A stretch of 64,000 nucleotides of DNA from positions 1 to 64,000 of IMG/VR virus record IMGVR_UViG_3300025133_000022; one strand, written 5' to 3'. Source of the DNA: a virus. A program made the position numbers and the translations under genes. Below, in pieces: positions 55,441 to 64,000 of this stretch. The notes below the pieces were generated by a model. The model worked only from the letters and a program-made list of their open reading frames with translations, made no database searches and had not been told where the DNA came from. Each line of letters opens with the position of its first letter. The stretch's first letter is position 1.

Positions 55441-57024
55441 ATGCCAAACCCAAACTTATTCCACACCAAAACATCCCAGCCACTAGCCACCAGCCACAAC
55501 AACGCAGGTGGTCGTGCTTACAAAACTTCCGATATGCATGCGCTTGCACAGCTAGCATGCACTGGTGTATTTAACAACACCTACTACACCAAAGCTGAAA
55601 ACCAACTCAAGCAAGCTCGCGCGCTCTGCAAAAAGGTAAGCCCAGCAACAGTTGCACGTATCGCTGTATACTCACGTCAACAAGGCATGATGAAAGACAT
55701 GCCTGTGCTCTTGCTTACCTACTTGTTTTCCATCGAAGACAAGAAATACTTCAATGCCGCATTCCCGTATGTCGTAAACAACATCGGACAGCTACGCAGC
55801 TTTGTGCAAATGGTTCGTAGTGGTGTTTGTGGTCGTCGCTCTCTTGGCTCTGCAGGCAAGCGCGCAATCGCAAACATGCTCAACACCATGACTCCTCGTC
55901 GAATCTTCTGGCAAGCCACTGGCAAAGGTATGAGTTTTGCAGATGTTCTCAAGCTTGCTCATGTAAGACCACAAAGTGCAGCACACGACAGCTTCTTTGC
56001 CTACATGTTAGGTAAAAGTGTTTCTGAAGACTTTGAGAAACTACCAGAAAACATCCAGCACTTCGAATTGTTCAAACGCAAAGAGTACAGCGAAGTACCA
56101 GATGTACCATTTCAACGCCTGACCAATCTAGATCTTAGTGTAATCCAGTGGGGTGAAGTCACGCGCAAAATGACTTGGAACCAGCTTCGTTTCAACCTAA
56201 ACAACCTCACTCGCAAAGGTGTGTTCAAGGACACTCAGCTGGTTCTCGAAGTAGCAACCAAACTTCGCAATCCCAAAGCAGTGCTTGGCAGCAAGGTTTT
56301 GCCATTCAGTCTATACAACACTGTCAAACATCTAGATGACAGTGTTCCACAAGCTCTAAAGAACGCTATGGTCGATGCACTGGAAATCAGCGGACAAAAC
56401 GCCCCTGTGCTTCAAGGCAACACCCTCGTTCTCGTCGACTCTAGTGGCTCTATGAACTCGCCAACAACTGGCTACCGTGCTGGCGCAACCACCACCATGC
56501 GTTGCGTCGAAGCAGCTGGATACTTTGCAGTCAGCATACTCAAAGCCAACCCAGACAGCACCACCATCCTGCCATTTGACGGCCGAGTTCATCCAGTGAA
56601 CTTAAATCCACGTGATAGCATGGCAACCTTAATCAAAAAACTCCCAACTGCAGGCGGAAGCACCAATATTGCTTGCGGTATTGAATGGGCACTACACACA
56701 AGTACAAAATTCAACCAAATCATCATTGTTTCTGACAATGAGAGCTGGGTGAACTCTGATCAATACATGTGGTACAGTCACAAAATCACTGCAACCAAGC
56801 AAGCTTTTGAAAGATACCGTCGTCACAAGAGCCCTGGCTGTAAAATGATTTGTATCAATATTCAGCCAAGCACTACAACAACGCAGGCACCCGATGACAA
56901 AAATACACTAAACGTAGGAGGACTCAGCGACGCAGTCTTCCGTGTTGCTAGCCAATTCCTCACCAGTCGTGGTAACGCGCACTGGGAAGATGTACTTAAC
57001 AAGATTCTTCCGAATCTCAAATAA
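55441..57024 (+). CDS. rsr: TROVE-vWA RNA-binding protein (Ro60/Rsr homolog)
   Basis: N.AGG.AY, LAQLA.TG.FNNTYY, R..G.MKDMP, GRRSLGS..KR, LAH.RP, vWA DSSGSM, GGSTN, SDNE.W. Confidence 0.9.
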   Translation: MPNPNLFHTKTSQPLATSHNNAGGRAYKTSDMHALAQLACTGVFNNTYYTKAENQLKQARALCKKVSPATVARIAVYSRQQGMMKDMPVLLLTYLFSIEDKKYFNAAFPYVVNNIGQLRSFVQMVRSGVCGRRSLGSAGKRAIANMLNTMTPRRIFWQATGKGMSFADVLKLAHVRPQSAAHDSFFAYMLGKSVSEDFEKLPENIQHFELFKRKEYSEVPDVPFQRLTNLDLSVIQWGEVTRKMTWNQLRFNLNNLTRKGVFKDTQLVLEVATKLRNPKAVLGSKVLPFSLYNTVKHLDDSVPQALKNAMVDALEISGQNAPVLQGNTLVLVDSSGSMNSPTTGYRAGATTTMRCVEAAGYFAVSILKANPDSTTILPFDGRVHPVNLNPRDSMATLIKKLPTAGGSTNIACGIEWALHTSTKFNQIIIVSDNESWVNSDQYMWYSHKITATKQAFERYRRHKSPGCKMICINIQPSTTTTQAPDDKNTLNVGGLSDAVFRVASQFLTSRGNAHWEDVLNKILPNLK

Positions 57025-57070
57025 CAAAGAGCCCACTCGTTGAGTGGGCTCTAATATTCAAACCACAAAA

Positions 57071-57637
57071 ATGAAAGTATACTTATTTTTATCAAATTCA
57101 CTGAAAGACGCACTTGCTGCACACGGAATTAGTCAAGAAGATTATCGCCCGGCATATGGCGGGGAAAGCGTTGGTTTAGACCTATATAATGCAGGAGACA
57201 GAATTATAATTCCACCTGTTGAAAAGCTACGCTACTTTGCACAACTAGAACTCAATCAGGAAATGGCAAAACCTGATACTTGGTCTGATATGCCAGAAAG
57301 CGCACGAAAAGCAATTTTCAAACGACTTGTTCCTACTGGGATAAGATCAGTAATTCCTACAGGTTATGCCGGTATCATCATGGAGCGTAGTTCTATAGTA
57401 AAGACACCCCTGAAGGTGCGAGCCGGAGTTATAGATCCTGGATATACTGGAGAAATCTTTATCAATATGATAAATGTTTCAAGTATACCGTTTGTACTTG
57501 AGCCAGGAGAAAAAACTCCATTTCAGCTTATTGTGCAAAAAGTAACAACCAATTACAACGTCGTAAGCGCACAAGAGTATTCAGAACTCATAAGCAAAAA
57601 CACTCGACAAGAAAAACGTATTGGTAGCTCCGACTAA
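57071..57637 (+). CDS. dut: Trimeric dUTPase
   Basis: GLDL, ERSS, GVIDPGYTGE, FQL, RIGSS. Confidence 0.85.
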   Translation: MKVYLFLSNSLKDALAAHGISQEDYRPAYGGESVGLDLYNAGDRIIIPPVEKLRYFAQLELNQEMAKPDTWSDMPESARKAIFKRLVPTGIRSVIPTGYAGIIMERSSIVKTPLKVRAGVIDPGYTGEIFINMINVSSIPFVLEPGEKTPFQLIVQKVTTNYNVVSAQEYSELISKNTRQEKRIGSSD

Positions 57638-57644
57638 GGATAAT

Positions 57645-57966
57645 ATGAAAACTAGAAGTACAAGAGCATTTCGATTAAGCGAAAAATTTATCGAACCATA
57701 TAAAAACAAAAACGTACCATGGGGACCAATAGGATACGTCACGTATAAGCGTACATATCCACGTCGTCTTGACGACAACAACCCAAATGCAGGTACAGAA
57801 GAATGGCATCAAACATGCAGACGAGTGATCGAAGGCATGTTCACCATGCAAAAACGCCACTGCGTTCAAGCAGGTCTTCCTTGGAGCAATGCGAAAGCTC
57901 AACGCACAGCACAAATCGCATATGACAGATTGTTCAATCTAAAGTGGACACCTCCAGGTCGTGGGT
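57645..57966 (+). CDS. nrdJ: Class II (B12) ribonucleotide reductase, exon 1
   Basis: GYVTYKRTY, EEW.QTCRRVIEG, WTPPGRG; joins exon 2 to give PPGRGLWMMGT. Confidence 0.9.
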
Positions 57967-58989
57967 TAACTCCATAGCCCACGCTAAAGAATGTAAATTG
58001 CTGGAAACTCCTTAGAGCCTCGGACACCACACGACTGCAAGTCGAAAGGTTTGACAAGAACGAGGATTGGACAATCAGCAGCCAAGGGAATTTAATGATC
58101 AACAACCAACTACTAAGGGAAATAGAAGAAGGAGTGATTTCTAGCAGACGCCAGCTCTACAAACGAGTAGGTAGAAGTAAGAAATTATTACAGTGGCTTA
58201 ATGACAACAACATCTTAGTCCCACAAAAATGGGATGCTGGTAGAGTTAAAGCTGAACTTCTACAACTTAAGAACAAGTTGGGCAGGCTACCAAAAGCTTG
58301 TGATAATGAAGCTCTAACGGCAAGAGCACAGAAATATTATGGCACATGGAATAATGCCCTAAGAGAAATCTTTGGAGTAGTGAATCAACGATGGCACAAT
58401 CACCTGTCAAACGATCAGCTCATTGAGCTGGTTAAACAACATGTAATCACTAACCAAAGACTACCACTTAGAGAAGAGTTTGATGGCAAATCACCGGCCT
58501 ATCCATATTTTGAAGTCTATCTAAATAGATTTAACATCAAAATATGGTCAGAAATCTACACTATAGTAGATCTCACAGGAATCAAATACTTTCCACACAA
58601 GAAACATGGCACAGGATACATTTACATGCATCAAGGCGTTGTTTACTTGTCGAAGCAAGAATACCTAATAGGCAAATATTTAGTAAAAAATAACATCAAA
58701 TTTAAGAAAGAAGTACCATATGGTAATTGTAAATATATCTTTGACTTCTATCTTCCAGAACTAGACTTGTACATTGAGTACTACGGGCTAGCAACTGAAG
58801 AATATAAAAAGAAAATAGAAAACAAAAGACTACATTATGGTGTAAGAAGCGTGCTTGAGATTTTCAAGCACGAGAACACGATCAAGAAATTAAATTCCAA
58901 GGTTCAGAGACTATAATCATTCCTCGTTGGTTTAATCACGAGAAGGTATAGTCCAGCGCATGGTGAAAGCTATGCGAAAGTCCCATCTG
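57967..58989 (+). mobile_element. Group I intron in nrdJ
   Basis: P1 GTGGGT/GCCCAC with U-G at the splice site; AAATTGCTGGAAA, CAATCAGCAG, GTTCAGAGACTA, GGTATAGTCC core motifs; terminal G at 58989; splicing restores GGG-TTA-TGG. Confidence 0.92.
58095..58916 (+). CDS. Intron-encoded homing endonuclease (N-terminal repeats plus PD-(D/E)XK/Vsr-like domain)
   Basis: LGRLP...YYGTWNNAL repeats; KEVPY...FDFYLP..IEYYG. Confidence 0.8.
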   Translation: MINNQLLREIEEGVISSRRQLYKRVGRSKKLLQWLNDNNILVPQKWDAGRVKAELLQLKNKLGRLPKACDNEALTARAQKYYGTWNNALREIFGVVNQRWHNHLSNDQLIELVKQHVITNQRLPLREEFDGKSPAYPYFEVYLNRFNIKIWSEIYTIVDLTGIKYFPHKKHGTGYIYMHQGVVYLSKQEYLIGKYLVKNNIKFKKEVPYGNCKYIFDFYLPELDLYIEYYGLATEEYKKKIENKRLHYGVRSVLEIFKHENTIKKLNSKVQRL

Positions 58990-60911
58990 TATGGATGATG
59001 GGCACAGACTTCGTTCAAGAACGCACCGCAGCTGGTTTGTTTAACTGCGCGTTCAGGTCTACTAAGGACCTGGCTGCCAAAGGCGGCTATCTCTTCCAGT
59101 GGATGATGGATGCCCTCATGGTGGGTATTGGAGTAGGTTTCGACACCCTCGGTGTCGGCACCCTCAAAATCAAAGCTCCTGGTAGCAAGTTCCCTACCCC
59201 AGAGCAAGTTCCTGAGATGGAAAACACCTACCATCGCATCAATGGTGAGTGGACTTGTATCATTGCTGACAGCAGGGAAGGTTGGGTTGAAAGTGTGCGC
59301 GTTCTCCTGAACGCATTCTACTTTGGCTACGAGCTACCCAACTTCTGCTACGATAGTATTCGTCCAGCAGGTAGCCTCATCAAAGGCTTTGGCGGTGTTG
59401 CCAGTGGCTCTGGGCCCCTGGCTGACCTACATCAGTCACTCATTGCTATGTACTCTGAAGCCGTTGGTAAGTTGATTACTACCGAGAACATTGTAGATAC
59501 TCAGAACCTTATTGGTAGGTGTGTGGTTGCCGGCAACGTCAGGCGCTCCGCAGCTCTAGCAATGGGACAAGCAGGTGACAAGCACTTCCTGGTACTCAAG
59601 GACCCAACCCAGGTCCACGAGTGGGAAGCTGAGCTAGCTGTATCTCTTGAGCAATACCCTCCTCCCGTACCACTCGACACATCAGTTCTTGCTGGTGCAT
59701 TGGGAGCCGAGTACGCAGAGCAGACAGCTGAAGAAGCAACAAAGATCGCGCAGCTCCTGGCAGAATTCCAAGTAGCTTGGGATCGTCAAGCTGAACTCAA
59801 GGAACTCATCACTAACCACCCTCTACGTCATCACCGTTGGGGTAGTAACAACAGCGTTGATGTCAGTGGCGTCACAGACTTTACAGAATACGCTGAGCTC
59901 ACCGTAAAGAACGGAGAGCCTGGATATATCTTCTTGGAGAACGCACGCAGACACGGGCGTCTCAAGGACCCTGAGAGAGATGACGACCTACTCGTCATGG
60001 GATTCAACCCCTGCGTAGAACAGCAACTAGAAGATGCAGAGCTTTGCTGCCTGGTGGAAACCTATCCATGGTTGCACGAGAGCTACGAAGACTACCTCAT
60101 CACCCTCAAGATCGCTTACCTATACGCTAAAACAGTTACACTGGCTAAAACCCAGTGGCCTGAGACTAACGCTATCATGCTTAAGAATCGACGTATCGGA
60201 CTAAGTATGAGTGGGTTTGTCCAAGCTGCTTACCAGCGTAGCTTCACAGAGATGTATGAGTGGTGCGACAATGCCTACGACTATGTTCAAAAGCTAGACG
60301 GCACTTACAGTGACTGGTTGTGTGTTCCGCGTAGCAAGCGGACCACCTCTATTAAACCTTCCGGTACTGTTAGCAAGCTAAATGGTAGTTGGCCCGGCAT
60401 TCATCACCCTGAATCAGAACATTACATTCAACGAATCAGGTTCTCTGAAGACAACGACATGCTACCTGCTCTCATTGCCAATGGCTATCATGTAGAGGAC
60501 TGTGTTTACAGTCCTGGCACCAAGGTGGTTAGCTTCCCTGTTAAAGAAGAACACTTTGTTCGCGGCAAAAAGGAAGTAAGCATGTGGGAGCAGTTAGAAA
60601 TCGCTGCCCAAATGCAATACTACTGGGCAGACAACAGCGTCAGCGTAACGGTAACCTTTCAAGATCACGAAGCAGCAAGCATTCCTCATGCATTACAGCT
60701 ATACAGCAAGCGTCTAAAAGCAGTAAGTTTCCTCAAATACAAAGAAACAGGCTATGTGCAAGCTCCTTATGAGCCTATAAGTGAAGACACTTATAAACAG
60801 ATGATAGCCAAAGTGACTCCACTTCAACGCGTTAACGCATCCACTCAGGGCGTTGGTGAGCGTTTTTGCACTACGGATAGCTGTGAAATCGACTTTAGCA
60901 AACCTAACTAA
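58990..60911 (+). CDS. nrdJ: Class II ribonucleotide reductase (monomeric RTPR type), exon 2
   Basis: FNCAF, GVGFD, SGVASG, VAGNVRRSA, SNNSV, NPCVEQ, RRIGLS, TSIKPSGT, DNSVSVT, C-terminal C...C. Confidence 0.95.
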
Positions 60912-60920
60912 GGAAAAACA

Positions 60921-61130
60921 ATGACAAGATTTAAAATCGGAGACACAGCAACAAGAACTATTGAGAACTCAGTCGGACATCCAATTGATGTACCTGTCGG
61001 AATTTACATACAAGACAATACTCTTGACACTCACCCAATCCTAGTCATGATGGATCCAATGACTATAACTGACGTACGCAAGTACACAGAAGAACTAGTC
61101 AAAACACTTAACGCAGCTGTACATAAGTGA
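60921..61130 (+). CDS. Hypothetical protein
   Basis: AAGGA RBS. Confidence 0.6.
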   Translation: MTRFKIGDTATRTIENSVGHPIDVPVGIYIQDNTLDTHPILVMMDPMTITDVRKYTEELVKTLNAAVHK

Positions 61131-61156
61131 GGCGTAGCCTCACTTGTGGGGCGAGA
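61129..61156 (+). promoter_or_regulatory. Class II hairpin element
   Basis: GAGGC-GTA-GCCTCACT TGTGGGGCGAGA. Confidence 0.5.
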
Positions 61157-61174
61157 ACAGGTCCTCTTTCACTT

Positions 61175-61216
61175 TCATGGGTGGCGCGCAGCGCCACCTG
61201 TGGGGCGAGAGTAGGT
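61175..61216 (+). repeat. 42-nt exact repeat (copy 2) containing a class II hairpin element
   Basis: Identical to 27071-27112. Confidence 0.9.
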
Positions 61217-61660
61217 TATAAGCTTGGTCTTGCTACTAGACGACCAACAAGTTGCAAATCTAGAGCTCCAAGCACTCTAAAATATAAATTTTCCATCATT
61301 CTAAGAATAGTGGAAGTAAAACTTTGAAAACAAATGTTTAAAAAGAAACAAAACTTTCAATTGTCTCTAGAAGACGTTATTGATTGAAAGTTCTATCTAT
61401 AACAATGTTTGTTGGAAAAATGCGGATACTGTAACTTAGAATGTCGTTTAGCTTCGGTGCGTTTAACACTAATTCAAAATCCCTAGGGACACTGAACGTG
61501 AAAGTCAAACCAATTGCTAAGAACTTTTTAAGCACAATAGCCTGACAACTTGAAAAGCAAGTTGACAGTCTGGAATAGACAGACGCTTATTTATAAGCAG
61601 CAGACGGGGCCCAGTAGGGCCCCGTCATATTTACAAAAATACAAATTACAATCAAATTAT

Positions 61661-61770
61661 GTAGTCTTGTCTTGGAAGACCGAACAGCAGACATCGAATG
61701 TTGGTTCAACTCCAACAATATACTTAGTATGTCCCCAGATGGGAAGAGAGTTCGATTCTCTCGGACTACA
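61661..61770 (+). ncRNA. tRNA-like RNA with two T-loop hairpins
   Basis: GTAGTCT/GGACTAC-A acceptor-like stem; D-like GTCT-TGGA-AGAC; internal TGTTGG-TTCAACT-CCAACA; terminal GAGAG-TTCGATT-CTCTC. Confidence 0.55.
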
Positions 61771-61863
61771 TTAAAAAATTCCACGCGCGCGGAAACGAAA
61801 ATGTTCTTAATTCAATTCCGCGATATTGCAAAAGCTAATTCCAAAAAAACATAGGTACCAAAT

Positions 61864-62466
61864 ATGAAATACGAATGCTCATGCGGAGCTAACGGCTGTA
61901 AACTCTGGCGACTGTACAACATCTTCATGAGTAGTCAAAAACTATTCTGTGCGAGCTGTGCATTGGCAAACCAAAAGAAAAAAGGCCATATTGATCCCAG
62001 CGGAAAATATCAAAGCAAATATGGTCTTGTTGACCAAATTGGCAGTCTTATTCCAGCCGTCCCTATTGACCTTACCAAGCTTCAAGACATTCAGAGTTTC
62101 TGGGGGTACACCAGTGTACCTAGTAGTGGATGTGAGTGGTGGTCTTCCTTACCCTCCTATTTTCAAGAAGACACCGTATCCAAGGGTCAGTATGCTATTG
62201 TTCACAACTCTACTGGCAGTCGCTCTATTGCCTACAAGAACGCAGCTGGCAAAACCATAGTAACCATGAGGATCTGTTCAGAAGAGCAAATCAACAGCAT
62301 GTCTCATGGTAGCTTCAAAGGCTACCGTAGCAGAATCTTTGATTGGAGTGAAGCTGTGCATTCTTGCGGAACTCCAGAAGCAATTCGTACTATCGACTTT
62401 CTAATGAATGCATGCAAACGTTCAAAAACCTTACGTAGCAGAAACAACAACCCACCTCTATGTTGA
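61864..62466 (+). CDS. Hypothetical protein with N-terminal Cys motifs
   Basis: C.CG..GCKLWR.Y..C..C, D.IG.LIPA.P, FWGYTSVP...WW..LP. Confidence 0.7.
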   Translation: MKYECSCGANGCKLWRLYNIFMSSQKLFCASCALANQKKKGHIDPSGKYQSKYGLVDQIGSLIPAVPIDLTKLQDIQSFWGYTSVPSSGCEWWSSLPSYFQEDTVSKGQYAIVHNSTGSRSIAYKNAAGKTIVTMRICSEEQINSMSHGSFKGYRSRIFDWSEAVHSCGTPEAIRTIDFLMNACKRSKTLRSRNNNPPLC

Positions 62467-62479
62467 GTTAAAAACAAAA

Positions 62480-62788
62480 ATGAAACCTACTGTTAGCAAA
62501 GTCAAAAGAGAAAATCATATTCACCATGTTTCTCGCCAATGGTTAAACAATCCAAGTCACCATACTGTTGCTGCAGTACTCTTCTCTGCCACGTATTGGA
62601 TCAGGAGAGCTGGTCGGCCAGTTTTAGAGAATTTAGATCTTACAATTGCTGATTGCAGCAGAAAGATTACTTTAGAACTAAACCACGACACAGAAGAGGA
62701 AAGAACAAATAGCATACAGAAACTAAAGGTTTTGATAGCACATGCAGAACTTGCATTAACCTATCTTGAAACTGAAATCGAACCATAA
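62480..62788 (+). CDS. Hypothetical protein
   Basis: Co-oriented. Confidence 0.6.
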   Translation: MKPTVSKVKRENHIHHVSRQWLNNPSHHTVAAVLFSATYWIRRAGRPVLENLDLTIADCSRKITLELNHDTEEERTNSIQKLKVLIAHAELALTYLETEIEP

Positions 62789-62798
62789 AATCAGTTTT

Positions 62799-62891
62799 GG
62801 AGACGTGACCGAGTGGCCGAAGGTGCTTGATTGCTAATCAAGTGTGGGGTAAAACGCTCCACCGAGGGTTCGAATCCCTCCGTCTCCGCCA
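62799..62891 (+). tRNA. tRNA-Ser(GCT)
   Basis: GGAGACG/CGTCTCC-GCCA; loop TTGCTAA; long variable arm. Confidence 0.95.
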
Positions 62892-62902
62892 AAAAGGAAG
62901 CT

Positions 62903-63595
62903 ATGAAAACATTCTTTAAAAAAAGATTCCGTAACCGCAACGACTGCAGATACGAACAGCTCGACCAAAATAGTTTACCTAAACATTTAAATGACGCAAA
63001 GCCAACAATCATTGCACATAGAAAAACATACTATGATTATTGGACCTACAATCGACTTGATCGTATTTCAACGTCAGAAAATATTAAAAAACTAATACAA
63101 CGCAGACGAGAATTACTAGCCGAAAATCATGCAGATACACATTGGGTAGAATTTTATGACAAAGTCATTGCACATGGGTGCAATGTAACTGGCAAAACTA
63201 TTAATCCATATAATGGAACTGTACAAATATCCACGGTATCTCCAAGCCAAAAACGAGACGGGTCTATTCTTTTCAGTAAGAACGACAAGCTTCCTGTAGT
63301 TGTAGATGACAAATGCATGACAGTCTGGTCAAGAGGGCAACGACATATGCTCTTTCGTAAAAGAATCATAAATATGATTGAAGAACTGCTAACAATAGCA
63401 GGCAAAGACAGACTGCCTCCATTACCACAAGAAACCAAACTCCCTATAGAAAAAATGGGAAGAGTCAATCTATGCGGCTTGACAATTCTATATACTGTTG
63501 ACAACCGCTTTGTCACAACCAGCAACTGCTATATCCACTGGTGGAAATTGTACTACATCAGTGAAACTAACGATATCGAATATGTCGAAATCTAA
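62903..63595 (+). CDS. Hypothetical protein
   Basis: AAGGA RBS. Confidence 0.65.
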   Translation: MKTFFKKRFRNRNDCRYEQLDQNSLPKHLNDAKPTIIAHRKTYYDYWTYNRLDRISTSENIKKLIQRRRELLAENHADTHWVEFYDKVIAHGCNVTGKTINPYNGTVQISTVSPSQKRDGSILFSKNDKLPVVVDDKCMTVWSRGQRHMLFRKRIINMIEELLTIAGKDRLPPLPQETKLPIEKMGRVNLCGLTILYTVDNRFVTTSNCYIHWWKLYYISETNDIEYVEI

Positions 63596-63669
63596 AAAAC
63601 AATTATAACTGAGTGGAAAATTGTTCTAAACTCAGTTACATACACTAGTGCTCAAAAGCACTAGATCGA

Positions 63670-63742
63670 TGGGGATTAGCTCAATTGGCAGAGCATCGGT
63701 TTTTGATACCGTTGGTTCTGGGTTCGAGTCCCAGGTCCCCAA
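63670..63742 (+). tRNA. tRNA-Gln(TTG)
   Basis: TGGGGAT/GTCCCCA-A; loop TTTTGAT; T arm CTGGG-TTCGAGT-CCCAG; no CCA. Confidence 0.85.
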
Positions 63743-63760
63743 TTTATTTAAGGATATCAT

Positions 63761-63991
63761 ATGCTTTATAGACAATTCGTACTGCAAGACAGCAACACCA
63801 GCACAACTTGCTGGTTGCCAGAAAAGAAAAAAGGTATCGTCCTAGAGCCAGGTGTGCGCATCACCTTAGAGGACGACAAGGAAAGCCGATGGTGGACCGT
63901 CCAGTCTGTAGGCTCAATTACCAAAACCAAAGCTGAAGTAAAAAACAAAGAAAAGCTTCAGCGCAAATACAAATCCACAACTGATATCTAA
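63761..63991 (+). CDS. Hypothetical protein
   Basis: AAGGA RBS. Confidence 0.6.
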   Translation: MLYRQFVLQDSNTSTTCWLPEKKKGIVLEPGVRITLEDDKESRWWTVQSVGSITKTKAEVKNKEKLQRKYKSTTDI

Positions 63992-64000
63992 CCAACTAAT

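Noticed and set aside
38873-63760. Theta/HDV-like ribozymes at tRNA 3' ends
   Set aside because: Sequences following each tRNA do not form the nested double pseudoknot by eye.
1-64000. Stop-codon recoding (alternative genetic code)
   Set aside because: Long conserved genes are intact in the standard code, TAG and TGA both end genes, and no suppressor anticodon was found; the 30933 tRNA reads TTT, not TTA.

Overview
This window is 64 kb of a large (jumbo-like) tailed dsDNA phage genome using the standard genetic code. It has four parts. (1) 1-7.3 kb, minus strand: late/packaging genes, including terminase large subunit, a degenerate terminase-like ORF and a 983-aa DnaQ-exonuclease plus SNase fusion. 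(2) About 7.4-8.2 kb: an ORF-less divergence point. (3) 8.3-17.2 kb, plus strand: a GC-rich early block of cassette-like genes and a 1090-aa single-chain two-barrel RNA polymerase candidate (GDDDGD motif). (4) 18-64 kb: an accessory region with small ORFs, ten tRNAs plus three tRNA-like RNAs with altered anticodon arms, EF-Tu, a Ter/Ca2+ module, an RNA repair set (Rnl5-type ligase, 2H phosphoesterase, two metallophosphoesterases, CCA enzyme, RlmN-like enzyme, Ro60/TROVE, macrodomain), dUTPase, and a class II RNR split by a group I intron carrying an endonuclease. The least explained signals are non-coding. One is two families of intergenic hairpins with a fixed-distance downstream motif (TGAG/ATGG or TGTGG), which are candidate hairpin promoters for a phage RNAP. 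The other is several large structured RNA candidates (GOLLD-like about 1 kb, ROOL-like about 560 nt, others unassigned). All family calls come from reading motifs by eye; no searches were run, and the GOLLD/ROOL resemblances are recalled and need covariance-model confirmation.
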